In this document: positions 44,118-53,829 of the stretch, piece after piece | How the letters are laid out: the number at the start of each line of letters is the position of its first letter | How positions within the stretch are numbered: position 1 is the first letter of the stretch | NCBI GenBank assembly: GCA_034421915.1 | Contig: DAOUKA010000187.1 | Span: forward strand, 6,776-70,775 | DNA from: Anaerolineae bacterium | Lineage (GTDB): Bacteria; Chloroflexota; Anaerolineae; Aggregatilineales; Phototrophicaceae | Direction: 5' to 3' | DNA length: 64,000 nt | Notes under the pieces: generated by a model | Database searches by the model: none | What the model was told of the DNA's origin: nothing | Seen by the model: only the letters and a program-made list of their open reading frames with translations | Made by a program: the position numbers and the translations under genes

Positions 44118-45830
44118 TCAGGCATGAGCCGCCGGGCGAATATCCAGCAGCTGCATTTGCAGGCTGCGATTGCCGTTCCATTCATTCATTTCCAAATGAT
44201 AGGCGGCATCTACGCTGCGCGAGAACTCCGCGGCTCGGTCGCCTGTGCCAAAACTGATGGCGTCGATGGGGGGTTTTCCGTTTCGCGCGAATTTGAGTTT
44301 GAGATGTGCGCCATCTTTGCCAACTCGGTAGCACCTGACCGCATTCAAGTTCCTGCTCATAAAAGCCGCTGGCGGGTTTTTCTGTCCGGTTGGCTCAAGG
44401 GCGCTCACAGCATAGGCCAAATCTTCGCTCAGGTCATCCAGCTGCAGTTCCTGGTCAAGGTGGAGTTTCGGGCGCAGGTCTTGCTTGTCAAGCGATTCCG
44501 CCACGATTTGCTCCAGTTTTTCGCGCAAGACCGCCATGTTGCGGTTATTGACCGTAAATCCGGCAGCCATCGCATGGCCGCCGTGTCGGACTAACAGGTC
44601 GGCGCATTGGTCGAGAGCCTGCGTGATATGAAATTCAGGGATGCTGCGGCAGGAAGCGCGGCTTTCCCTAGCGCCCATTTCAAGGATAACTGTCGGGCGA
44701 TAATGTTCTTCGGTCACCCGTCCTGCCACCAATCCAAGGACCCCGGCATGGAAGTTCTCATCGCCCTCAAATATCAAAGACAGGTTTTCCACCCCTTCGA
44801 TTTGCGCATTGACAGCTGCCTGTACCTGACGGGTGAGATCTTGTCGCCACGAATTGAGCCTTTGCAATTCCTGTGCATGGGGTTCGGCTTCGGAGAAGGT
44901 TTTGGCGGATAGCAGATTGTAAGCAACCCAAGCTGATTTGAGACGACCGGCGGCATTGATGCGCGGTCCAAGCCTAAAGCCGATATCCGGCGCTTTGATT
45001 GGACCCGACTCCAGCTTGGCGACCGCTGCGAGCGCCTGAATGCCAGGGCGGCGCATCTCGTTGATGGTCTGCAAGCCGTGCTTGACCAGACGCCGATTCA
45101 GGCTGTCGTTTAAGGGCACCACATCGGCAACCGTACCGAGCGCGACTAAATCGAGCAAGTCAGACAGGCGCAGGCTGTGGGGATAATTGGCGCGGTCCTT
45201 GTGCCAGCGATGCAGCAGCAGCGCCTTTGCCAGCATAAAGGCGACCCCCACGCCTGCCAGACTGGAACTGCCTGGGCAGTCCGCCTGCTGGGGGTTGATG
45301 ACAGCCAGCGCCGCGGGTATTTCTGGACCTATCGAATGGTGATCGGTGACAATCATATCGAGACCGAAGAGCCGACCAGCGCGAACTTCATTCACCGAAC
45401 GAATCCCGCAATCGACGGTGATGACCAATTTTGCGCCCTGTTCAGCCAAAAGCTCAAGCGCCTCTGTGTTGAGACCATAGCCTTCCTTGAAGCGGTCGGG
45501 AAAGTAAGCTGTGACCCTGGCGCCCAGTTCGGTCAAGACCTGTGTCATCAGCGCCGTTGCGGAGACCCCGTCAGCATCAAAATCGCCATAAACCACGATG
45601 GGTTCATGCGCGGCGATGGCGGCGCTAATCCGCTCGACTGCCTTGTCCATGTCTTTCATGTCGCGGGGGTCTTCAGGCAGGTCGTTTTGATACAGGAAAC
45701 GCTGGGCGCCTTCGGGTTCTTTGAAGCCGCGATTGAGCATGATTTGAGCGAGGATGGGGTGAACGTCCCAGTTTTGACAAAGGTAAGATGCGGGAGCTTG
45801 GGGCGCAAGCACCCATTCCTTTTCGATCAT
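44118..45830 (-). CDS. recJ: single-stranded-DNA-specific exonuclease RecJ
   Basis: DHH motifs VVYGDFDADGVSA and IVTDHH, the DHHA1 motif GGHAMAAG, and a C-terminal OB region. Start trimmed to ATG 45830. Confidence 0.92.
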   Translation of the reverse strand: MIEKEWVLAPQAPASYLCQNWDVHPILAQIMLNRGFKEPEGAQRFLYQNDLPEDPRDMKDMDKAVERISAAIAAHEPIVVYGDFDADGVSATALMTQVLTELGARVTAYFPDRFKEGYGLNTEALELLAEQGAKLVITVDCGIRSVNEVRAGRLFGLDMIVTDHHSIGPEIPAALAVINPQQADCPGSSSLAGVGVAFMLAKALLLHRWHKDRANYPHSLRLSDLLDLVALGTVADVVPLNDSLNRRLVKHGLQTINEMRRPGIQALAAVAKLESGPIKAPDIGFRLGPRINAAGRLKSAWVAYNLLSAKTFSEAEPHAQELQRLNSWRQDLTRQVQAAVNAQIEGVENLSLIFEGDENFHAGVLGLVAGRVTEEHYRPTVILEMGARESRASCRSIPEFHITQALDQCADLLVRHGGHAMAAGFTVNNRNMAVLREKLEQIVAESLDKQDLRPKLHLDQELQLDDLSEDLAYAVSALEPTGQKNPPAAFMSRNLNAVRCYRVGKDGAHLKLKFARNGKPPIDAISFGTGDRAAEFSRSVDAAYHLEMNEWNGNRSLQMQLLDIRPAAHA

Positions 45831-45904
45831 AGACCGCATCCGCATAATTTCATAAAATAATAGCCTGATGCTACCATTGACAGGGACGAGGGACAAGGCG
45901 CGAT

Positions 45905-46828
45905 ATGGCAAGGATTGTCTTCATGGGAACGCCTGATTTTGCCGTTCCCACTTTAGCGGCGCTTATTGCCCACCATGATGTGATGGCGGTTCTGACCCAG
46001 CCTGACCGCCCGGCTGGACGCAGCAAGCAGCTGCGACAATCTCCAATCAAGCGCATAGCGGTCGCGGCCGGGCTGCCGCTTTTCCAGCCAAAGCGCATCC
46101 GCCAAAGCGAAGCGATTGATACGCTGATGCAATGGGAGGCCGACTTTTTTGTGGTGGCGGCCTTTGGGCAGATTTTGCCGCAGGCTGTGCTGGATTTACC
46201 GAAATGCGCCGCGCTTAATGTCCATGCCTCGCTGTTGCCACGCTGGCGCGGCGCGGCGCCGATTCAGGCGGCCATTCGTGCTGGCGATGCCGAAAGCGGC
46301 ATTACCATTATGATGATTGATGCCGGGCTGGATACGGGTCCGATGCTGGCAAAACGCTCGATTCCGATTGAAAAAACCGAAACCGGTCAAAGCCTGCACG
46401 ACAAATTGGCGCACCTTGGCGCGGAACTGCTCATCGAAACCCTGCCAAAAGTTCTGTCTGGCGAAATCAAACCGCAAGCACAGGACGAATCGCGGGCGAG
46501 CTATGCTCCGCGAATCAAGAAAGAGGAAGGCAGAATCGACTGGTCGCAATCGGCGGCTGCGATTGAGCGCTGGGTGCGGGCCTTCAAGCCTTGGCCTGGC
46601 ACCTTCACCTGCTGGCATGACCAGCGGCTTAACATCCATGCTGGCTGGGAGGGGTCTGGGCTTGCCAGTCCGGGACAGGTCATTGAGCGCGGGGGACAAA
46701 TTGCCATCGGCACTGGCGCTGGCTTGTATTATCCGACCGAGCTTCAGTTGGCGGGCAGGAAGCGGATGTCAATCGATGACTTTGCGAATGGTTACAGCGA
46801 TTTTGTCGGCGCCCTGCTTGGAAACTAA
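45905..46828 (+). CDS. fmt: methionyl-tRNA formyltransferase
   Basis: RIVFMGTPDFAVP, HASLLPRWRGAAPIQ, and a C-terminal OB-like domain. Confidence 0.95.
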   Translation: MARIVFMGTPDFAVPTLAALIAHHDVMAVLTQPDRPAGRSKQLRQSPIKRIAVAAGLPLFQPKRIRQSEAIDTLMQWEADFFVVAAFGQILPQAVLDLPKCAALNVHASLLPRWRGAAPIQAAIRAGDAESGITIMMIDAGLDTGPMLAKRSIPIEKTETGQSLHDKLAHLGAELLIETLPKVLSGEIKPQAQDESRASYAPRIKKEEGRIDWSQSAAAIERWVRAFKPWPGTFTCWHDQRLNIHAGWEGSGLASPGQVIERGGQIAIGTGAGLYYPTELQLAGRKRMSIDDFANGYSDFVGALLGN

Positions 46829-46834
46829 AAATTG

Positions 46835-48193
46835 ATGGAAAAAACAAAAATCGCGCCCAATCAACAGCCTTTTTTTAGCCAACCGCATCGCACTATTCTC
46901 GTTCTCTCGGTGCCGGTCTTGTTTTCCCTGATAGCCGAGCCAGTGACCGGGCTGATTGATACCGGCTTTGTGGCGCAGCTGGGCAAAAACTCGCTGGCTG
47001 CACTGGGCGTTGGTAGCGGTGTCCTGTCGCTGATCTTTTGGACATTCGCATTCCTGGGCGTTGGCACGCAAACCGAAGTCGCCCAAAGCTACGGCAAGGA
47101 CAATATCGATGACTCCATCAAAGCCGTCAGTCTGGCGCTGGCGCTGGGGGTGCTGGCGAGTCTGGCGCTAATCGCCTTGCTGATTCCGGGCGCATCGCTG
47201 GCATCACAGGCATTGGGCGCAGAGGGCGAGGTCCTGGAATTGGCGACGCTTTATGTGCGGCTGCGTCTGCTGGGTGCGCCTGCTGTCATCGTGACCATTG
47301 TTGGCTTCGGCGCTTTGCGCGGCATTCAGGATATGAAAACAGCCCTGTGGATTGCCTTGGGAATTAACATCACCAATGTTGTGCTGGATTATCTGTTCAT
47401 CTTTGGCGGCTTCTTTATTCCGGCGATGGGCGTGGGTGGCGCGGCGCTGGCGAGTTCGCTAAGCCAGTGGCTTGGGGCCATCTGGATGCTGTGGGAAGTG
47501 AAGCGCAAATTGGGCTTTACCCGTGAGATAGACCTGCGGCATGGGCTCAGGCTCATCAAGGTAGGACGTGATTTGTTTATCCGCACGGGTCTATTGACCC
47601 TGTTCATGCTGCTGGGGACCCGCGTCGCCACGCAAATAGGCGCAGAAGCAGGCGCGGCGCATCAGGTTATCCGTCAGGTGTGGTTCTTTACGGCACTGGT
47701 GCAGGAAGCATTTGCCACCACAGCACAGAGTTTGGTCGGTTATTTCTTTGGGGCGGGGCAGATGCGTCATGCCAGGCGCGTCGCCACATTGACCACTTTC
47801 TGGAGCTTGGGCGCAGGTGTCTTGCTCATGCTTGGGATGCTGGTCACGACGCCATGGGTGACAGAAACATTCGTGCCAGAAGATACGGTCGCCGTTTTTC
47901 TGGCAGCTTGGATGGTCGCCTCTCTGTCCCAACCGCTCAATGCCATTGCGTTTATCACCGATGGAATCCATTGGGGAACCAGCGATTATGGCTTTCTGCG
48001 CAATGCGATGATAGCGGCGACCGCCTGCGGTTTCGCGGGCTTGCAGCTGATTGCGACCGATAATCCGAATGCTTTCACCACCGTTTGGCTGGTGACGGTG
48101 CTGTGGATTGGCATTCGCGCTCTTTGGGGGTTTCTGCGGGTGTATCCAGGAATCGGGAAGAGTCCCTTTCGTCTGGATATGGCGCAAAAGTGA
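46835..48193 (+). CDS. MATE-family efflux transporter
   Basis: About 450 aa with 12 TM segments and the typical bipartite repeat. Starts 4-7 nt after the fmt stop. Confidence 0.88.
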   Translation: MEKTKIAPNQQPFFSQPHRTILVLSVPVLFSLIAEPVTGLIDTGFVAQLGKNSLAALGVGSGVLSLIFWTFAFLGVGTQTEVAQSYGKDNIDDSIKAVSLALALGVLASLALIALLIPGASLASQALGAEGEVLELATLYVRLRLLGAPAVIVTIVGFGALRGIQDMKTALWIALGINITNVVLDYLFIFGGFFIPAMGVGGAALASSLSQWLGAIWMLWEVKRKLGFTREIDLRHGLRLIKVGRDLFIRTGLLTLFMLLGTRVATQIGAEAGAAHQVIRQVWFFTALVQEAFATTAQSLVGYFFGAGQMRHARRVATLTTFWSLGAGVLLMLGMLVTTPWVTETFVPEDTVAVFLAAWMVASLSQPLNAIAFITDGIHWGTSDYGFLRNAMIAATACGFAGLQLIATDNPNAFTTVWLVTVLWIGIRALWGFLRVYPGIGKSPFRLDMAQK

Positions 48194-48305
48194 GCCTGTC
48201 CGGCGGGAACAGACAGGAATCCCGCGCTGTCGCTGCAACAAATTCGCCGCTCTTTCGTAGATAAAGATAAGACCACGCCAAGAAAAGAGAGGAGATTGGA
48301 ATCCT

Positions 48306-48545
48306 ATGAACAAGAACAAACGTCTTTATCGCTCGCGCAAGAATCGTCAGATTGCCGGGGTATGTGGCGGAATTGCGGATTACTTCGCCATTGACCCAAC
48401 GCTTGTTCGTTTGCTGTGGGCGCTTTTTGCCCTGGCAGGCGGCCCGGGGATTATCGTGTACATTATCTTCGCGGTGGTTGTGCCAGAAGAACCCGAATTT
48501 GTGCAGGCATCTGCTGAAAAAGTCAAGAATGACGAAATCGTCTGA
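48306..48545 (+). CDS. PspC-domain membrane protein
   Basis: LYRSRKNRQIAGVCGGIADYFAIDPTLVRLLW followed by one TM helix. Confidence 0.8.
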   Translation: MNKNKRLYRSRKNRQIAGVCGGIADYFAIDPTLVRLLWALFALAGGPGIIVYIIFAVVVPEEPEFVQASAEKVKNDEIV

Positions 48546-48609
48546 GCGCGTGCGCGGCAATCCAAATTACGGGAATAAACCTCTGTGAGCCGATTGCTGC
48601 GCTTTGTCT

Positions 48610-49605
48610 TTAGAGCAGGTCGCGGATGGCTTCGCGCTCTGCTTTTAATTCGTCTTCGGATGCCTTGATTTTCGTCAGGGCATAGCCGCTCAATTCCAGC
48701 CCCTTGACCATTTCCGCGCCGCCGTTCCCGTCACTCCGCAGTGGAAAGGAATAAATCAAGTCGTCTTCGATGCCATAGGGGTTGCCTTCGCTGGGGATGG
48801 CGGCGCTGAACCAGTCCCCGGCGGGGGTTGGCGCAATCAGGCTGCGGATGGTATCCAGCGCGGCGCTGGCGGCGCTGGCGGCGGAGCTAAGGCCGCGTGC
48901 CTTGATAATCGCGGCGCCGCGTTTTTGCACGGTGCTGATGAAGCTGTTTTCCAGCCAATCCCGGTCAGCGATAAGTGCTTCGGCCGGTTTCCCCTTGATC
49001 CTGGCATGCTCAAAGTTGGGGAATTGGGTGGCGCTGTGGTTGCCCCAAATCGCCATATTGGTAACATCCGTAACCGACACGCCTGCTTTTGCCGCCAGTT
49101 GGGATTTTGCCCGATTTTCGTCGAGGCGCGTCATGGCAAACCAGCGATTGGCGGGAATGTCAGGTGCGTTGGCTTTGGCAACCAGGCAGTTGGAGTTGCA
49201 GGGATTGGCGACGACGACGATGCGAATATCATCGGCGGCATGGTCGTTTAATGCCTTGCCCTGCGATACAAAAATCGGGCCATTGGCGGCAATGAGGTCT
49301 CCCCGTTCCATGGCCGCGCCCCGCGGTCGGCCGCCGACGAGGATTGCCCAGTTGGCATCCTTGAAGGCGACCTTGGGGTCGTCGGCTATGATGATGTCGC
49401 TGACCAGGGGCTGGGCGCTGTCCTGGAGTTCCATCACCACGCCTTGCAGGGCATCCATTGCGGCCGGAATCTCCAGGATTTGCAGGATAACGTTCTGCCC
49501 CGCACCAAAAATCTCGCCATTGCCGATGCGGAAGAGCAGGCTGTAGGCAATCTGACCAGCGCCGCCGGTCACTGCTACGCGAATGGGTTCGGTCATTGCT
49601 TCCAT
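48610..49605 (-). CDS. mdh: malate dehydrogenase (Thermus/cytosolic type)
   Basis: VTGGAGQIAYSLLFRI, GGRPRGAAMERGDL and WGNHS. Confidence 0.92.
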   Translation of the reverse strand: MEAMTEPIRVAVTGGAGQIAYSLLFRIGNGEIFGAGQNVILQILEIPAAMDALQGVVMELQDSAQPLVSDIIIADDPKVAFKDANWAILVGGRPRGAAMERGDLIAANGPIFVSQGKALNDHAADDIRIVVVANPCNSNCLVAKANAPDIPANRWFAMTRLDENRAKSQLAAKAGVSVTDVTNMAIWGNHSATQFPNFEHARIKGKPAEALIADRDWLENSFISTVQKRGAAIIKARGLSSAASAASAALDTIRSLIAPTPAGDWFSAAIPSEGNPYGIEDDLIYSFPLRSDGNGGAEMVKGLELSGYALTKIKASEDELKAEREAIRDLL

Positions 49606-49747
49606 TTCCTCTCGAATACAGTTGTGCCATCAAAACGGAGCGATTGTATCTGATAACAGGCTTTTTTCCTCTGTGCAATCTGTCCTTTTTGTCCATATTT
49701 TCGACAGGAATGATGTTGATTTGTTGATGCGATGACTGCCAGTTGCA

Positions 49748-51361
49748 TCAGACCTTTGGACCGCCAAGCAGGACATCTTCACTGGCTTGATCTGCGAACG
49801 CCCTGAAGTTTGCTTTGAACATGCCAGCCAGTGCCTTCGCTTTGGCATCATAGGCATCCCTGTCGCGCCAGGTATGGCGCGGATTGAGGATTTCCGCTGG
49901 AATGTCGGGTACGCCGCCGGGTATCATCAGCCCGAAGAAGGGTTCTTCTTCAAATTCGGCATCATCCAATTCGCCATCCAGTGCGGCCTTGACCATACGG
50001 CGCGTATAAGACAGCTTGATGCGGCTGCCAGTGCCATATTCGCCGCCTGTCCAGCCGGTGTTGATGAGCCAGACGGCTGAGCCGTGCTTTTTGATTTTCT
50101 CTGCCAGCAATTCGGCATAAACCATGGGGTGCAAGGGCATAAATGGTGCGCCAAAACAAGCGCTGAAGGTGGCTTGGGGTTCTGTTACGCCGCGTTCCGT
50201 GCCAGCGACCTTGGCGGTGTAACCACTAATGAAGTGATACATCGCCTGCCCGGGCGACAATTTGCTGATTGGCGGCAGGACACCAAAGGCATCAGCCGTC
50301 AGGAAGATGATATTCCTGGGATGCCCACCGATGCCGCTGTCACTTGCGTTGGGGATGTAGCTGATGGGATAGGCGCAGCGGGTATTTTGGGTGTAACGGC
50401 TGTCGTCAAAGTCTGGTGAACGGTCTTCGTTTAAGGGAACGTTTTCCAAAATGGTGCCAAACATCTGCGTGGTGGCATAAATTTCGGGTTCACTTTCCGG
50501 GCGCAAGTTGATGGTCTTGGCGTAACAGCCGCCTTCAAAGTTGAAGACGCCATCGTTGCCCCAGCCATGCTCGTCATCACCAATCAAAGTACGTGAGGAA
50601 TCGGCGCTTAGTGTTGTTTTGCCCGTGCCGCTTAGGCCAAAGAATATGGCACTGTCGCCTTCGGGGCCGATATTGGCTGAACAGTGCATGGGCATGATGC
50701 CTCTGTCGGGCAGCATATAATTCATAATCGAGAAGATGCCTTTTTTGACCTCGCCAGAATACATCGTTCCGACAATGACAATCAATCGCTTCTCGATATT
50801 AACGCCTATAAATGTGCCAGTGCGCGTCCCGTCTACGTCAGGGCGGGCAATCAAGCTCGGCGCCGCCAAGACGGTGAATTCGGGTACATGATGCCTTAGC
50901 TCGTCTTCTGTAGCGTGAACAAACATATTCCAGGCGAACAATGTGTGGTAGGCGACTTCGCTGACAACGCGAATGGACAGCCGATGTTTTTTATCCCAGC
51001 CGGCAAATCCGTCATATACATACAAATCACGGCGGTGGCTCAGATGATTGAGCGCTTTCTCGTGCATGTGATCGAAAAGTTCAGGGGATGTAGGCTGGTT
51101 GATGTCCCCCCACCAGATCTTGTCGATGGATGGCTCTTGTGCGACGAAGAATTTGTCCTTGGGGCTGCGTCCGGTGTATTGACCGGTCAAGATGCGAATG
51201 GCCCCCTTGTTGGTTATTTCGCCTTCGCCATTGTAGATGGCATGCTCGTAGAGTTCTGGCGGATTCATATTCCAATGAATGTGAACCCCTTTCACGTCAA
51301 CGGGACGCAGACCAATCGTGTCAAGCCCGACGTCACTGTGAACATGAGCTTTGGCGTACAT
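49748..51361 (-). CDS. pckA: phosphoenolpyruvate carboxykinase (ATP)
   Basis: GLSGTGKTTLS, IGDDEHGW and FEGGCYAK. Confidence 0.95.
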   Translation of the reverse strand: MYAKAHVHSDVGLDTIGLRPVDVKGVHIHWNMNPPELYEHAIYNGEGEITNKGAIRILTGQYTGRSPKDKFFVAQEPSIDKIWWGDINQPTSPELFDHMHEKALNHLSHRRDLYVYDGFAGWDKKHRLSIRVVSEVAYHTLFAWNMFVHATEDELRHHVPEFTVLAAPSLIARPDVDGTRTGTFIGVNIEKRLIVIVGTMYSGEVKKGIFSIMNYMLPDRGIMPMHCSANIGPEGDSAIFFGLSGTGKTTLSADSSRTLIGDDEHGWGNDGVFNFEGGCYAKTINLRPESEPEIYATTQMFGTILENVPLNEDRSPDFDDSRYTQNTRCAYPISYIPNASDSGIGGHPRNIIFLTADAFGVLPPISKLSPGQAMYHFISGYTAKVAGTERGVTEPQATFSACFGAPFMPLHPMVYAELLAEKIKKHGSAVWLINTGWTGGEYGTGSRIKLSYTRRMVKAALDGELDDAEFEEEPFFGLMIPGGVPDIPAEILNPRHTWRDRDAYDAKAKALAGMFKANFRAFADQASEDVLLGGPKV

Positions 51362-51417
51362 TGTTTCTCCTTATGCGCTGCCTTTGGTTAGCCCTTAAAT
51401 GGTTCTGGATGTGTTTT

Positions 51418-51445
51418 ATTATGGAGCTTGGATTCGTTAAGTCAA
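51418..51445 (-). promoter_or_regulatory. sigma70-like promoter TTGACT-16-CATAAT for pckA
   Basis: Read on the minus strand, with -35 at 51440-51445 and -10 at 51418-51423. AAGGAGA RBS precedes ATG 51361. Confidence 0.5.
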
Positions 51446-51482
51446 GCCCCGTTGGCTTATTCCAGTGAGAACTTTCTACTAT

Positions 51483-51497
51483 CGACATGTCATGTCG
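51483..51497. promoter_or_regulatory. perfect 15-nt palindrome CGACATG-T-CATGTCG
   Basis: Read directly from the sequence. About 40 nt upstream of the predicted pckA -35. Confidence 0.3.
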
Positions 51498-51733
51498 GGA
51501 TGGGCTGTGACTTGAGGTATTGTGCCAGGTCCTTTGCCTGCGTCCGCCCCTGATGATTGAGTGGAACTGACATGACACCCTGCAAGCGATGCTCACGATT
51601 GAAATCAATTTGACCGTGGCGAATCAATAATACTCTTTTGACTGTCATTGCGACCTCTCAGACTTGACGGATGGGCTTGCAAAAGGCAAAATTCAGTGTG
51701 TATGGAGTGTAGCATACAAGGGGTAAAATTCGA

Positions 51734-52018
51734 GTGACAGAAGAACACAGCACCAACTCGGCAAGACAGCCGAGCAGGCTAACCTTGTACAGTTTGGCGA
51801 TGGCAGGCGGCCTGGGGATGACCATGATGATTATGGCGGCGTCCATTGGCGTTATCTATGGCACGCAGCTGGATGCGGCAGCAACACATAACATTGGTTT
51901 GCTGCTTGTCAGCGGCTTGCTCCTGCTCATTCTTGCCATCGGGTTTTGGCTTGGATGGGTGCGTCCATTTGAAAACTTTGATGACATTAACATCCCCGCC
52001 GAACCGGAGCATCATTAA
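51734..52018 (+). CDS. small membrane protein, unknown
   Basis: 94 aa with a GTG start and two hydrophobic helices. ORF evidence only. Confidence 0.4.
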   Translation: MTEEHSTNSARQPSRLTLYSLAMAGGLGMTMMIMAASIGVIYGTQLDAAATHNIGLLLVSGLLLLILAIGFWLGWVRPFENFDDINIPAEPEHH

Positions 52019-52026
52019 GACTTTCC

Positions 52027-52533
52027 ATGTCAAGACAAGCCATCCCCAAGCGCGAGCCGATTCAGGACATCATCGAGGGCGTGGTCACACGGCTGGGGAA
52101 TGATTGCCTGCTGTCGACGGCCATGTTGACCAGCGGAGAGCTTGTGGCAGCGGGCGAGTTGGCTGTCCGCTACGGGATTCCTTATCTGGGCAGGCACTTC
52201 CATTCGCTGGTGCCGGATTTGGTTGTGGTCGATTATGGCGAGATGCTGGTCGCAGAAGCTGCCTGGGAATTCCTGGTTCATCACAGCCATCTTTATCCGC
52301 GTGCGGATGTATTGGGATACCGCGATGATGGCAGCGATGAGATGCTAGTTGTCAAGCAGCTGGACTTCGCCATTCCATTTGATGTCCTTGTTTATCGTCA
52401 GGCATCAGACCGCAAGCCCTTTGCCAGCTTGAGGGCGCTGATTGCGTCGGATCGCGCTGCCTTCCCACAGCGATTGCTCAACTATTTGCCAGCTTTTGAC
52501 AGCCTTGCTGACTGGCAGACTCGGCATGAGTGA
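52027..52533 (+). CDS. hypothetical protein, overlapping the era start
   Basis: 168 aa with no motif I recognise. Its TGA overlaps the era ATG (ATGAGTGA). Confidence 0.5.
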   Translation: MSRQAIPKREPIQDIIEGVVTRLGNDCLLSTAMLTSGELVAAGELAVRYGIPYLGRHFHSLVPDLVVVDYGEMLVAEAAWEFLVHHSHLYPRADVLGYRDDGSDEMLVVKQLDFAIPFDVLVYRQASDRKPFASLRALIASDRAAFPQRLLNYLPAFDSLADWQTRHE

Positions 52534-53464
52534 TCTGGATTCGATTTTTAGCGATGACTGGAGCGCAGACCACCGTTCGGGGGTGGTTGCGGTGGTGGGC
52601 CGTCCGAATGTGGGCAAATCCACCTTAATCAATGCCATACTGGGTCAAAAGCTGGCGATTGTCACCGCCAAACCACAGACTACGCGCCAGCGACAGTTAG
52701 GGATTTACACCCGACCCGATGTACAAATTCTGTTTTTTGACACACCAGGCATCCACCAGCCACATACCCGCCTGGGGGACTATATGGTGCAGGTTGCCCA
52801 TGATGCCCTCAAAGATGCCGATGTCATTCTGTGGATTGTGGATGGCTCGCAAGCGCCAAAGAACGAAGACAGACACATATCCAGGCTGCTCGGGGAGGTA
52901 GCGCCCAAGACGCCTAAATTGCTTGTGCTAAACAAAGCTGACCTCGTCACCGGTGCCCTCGACCGAGGACGCTATCTGACACTGGTTGATTGTCACCGCG
53001 CGCTGGCGACCAGCGCGCGGGAAAGAGAGGGACTTGATGAACTCGTCAATACGCTAATTCCACTTCTGCCGCTGGGTCCGCGATATTATCCAGTCGAGCA
53101 GGTGAGCGAATCCAACCTGCGGTTTATTGCGGCCGAGATCATTCGAGAGAAAATTATCAATCTAACCAGCGCCGAAATCCCTTACACGGTCGCGGTTGAA
53201 ATCAACCGTTTCAAAGAGAAAGCCAACATCACGATTATCGAGGCATTCATCTATGTCGAACGGGATTCACAGAGGGGGATTCTGATTGGCAAACGCGGGG
53301 GCATGATTAAGCAGATTGGCGTGGATGCGCGTGATGAACTGGAAAAGCTGCTGGAAACGCAGGTTCATCTCGACACCCGCGTTAAGGTTTTGAAGAACTG
53401 GCGCAGCAATGAACAATTTATGGAGCGAATCGGATACAAAATGCCCAAGCGCAAGAGTGATTAA
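52526..53464 (+). CDS. era: GTPase Era
   Basis: G1 GRPNVGKST, G3 DTPG, G4 NKAD, and a C-terminal KH domain. Start trimmed to ATG 52526. Confidence 0.93.
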   Translation: MSDLDSIFSDDWSADHRSGVVAVVGRPNVGKSTLINAILGQKLAIVTAKPQTTRQRQLGIYTRPDVQILFFDTPGIHQPHTRLGDYMVQVAHDALKDADVILWIVDGSQAPKNEDRHISRLLGEVAPKTPKLLVLNKADLVTGALDRGRYLTLVDCHRALATSAREREGLDELVNTLIPLLPLGPRYYPVEQVSESNLRFIAAEIIREKIINLTSAEIPYTVAVEINRFKEKANITIIEAFIYVERDSQRGILIGKRGGMIKQIGVDARDELEKLLETQVHLDTRVKVLKNWRSNEQFMERIGYKMPKRKSD

Positions 53465-53829
53465 TCGGGTTTTCTATATTCGTCATCCGATGAGATTATT
53501 TGTTGCAGTTCTGCAATAAGTGGTGGTAAGGCCTCGCTGACTGTATCCCACAGAACAGCGAGATCAATATCATAATAAGCATGAACCAGGCGATGTCGCC
53601 TCCCCCTGATTTGCGCCCAAGGTATTTGAGTGTGTTTCGCTTGGAATTCATCCGTAATTTGACTGGCGGCTTCGCCAACAATTTCCACTGCTTTGACCAA
53701 AGCTAATTGTAACAGACGGTTATTCTCTAATGTGGTGCGTGTGTGTCCGATTGAAAATTGATGTGCTTCTTGCGCTGCCTCTAACATATGAGTCAAGCGC
53801 CCTCGATCATTTTCAGGGCTTTTTTTCAT
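53461..53829 (-). CDS. hepT: HepT-type (DUF86) RNase toxin
   Basis: Rx4HxY motif RHRLVHAY; 122 aa. Overlaps the upstream MNT gene by 17 nt. Confidence 0.85.
   Translation of the reverse strand: MKKSPENDRGRLTHMLEAAQEAHQFSIGHTRTTLENNRLLQLALVKAVEIVGEAASQITDEFQAKHTQIPWAQIRGRRHRLVHAYYDIDLAVLWDTVSEALPPLIAELQQIISSDDEYRKPD

Noticed and set aside
51333-51608. A 91-aa minus-strand ORF in the pckA upstream gap.
   Set aside because: It overlaps the pckA start and promoter. Its composition is Ser/Arg/His/Ile-biased and unlike a protein, and it has no RBS.
52027-52533. The possibility that the 168-aa ORF upstream of era is a divergent YbeY.
   Set aside because: The VHHSHL...GYRDD segment does not reproduce the H-x3-H-x5-H zinc motif spacing, and the N-terminal YbeY features are missing.
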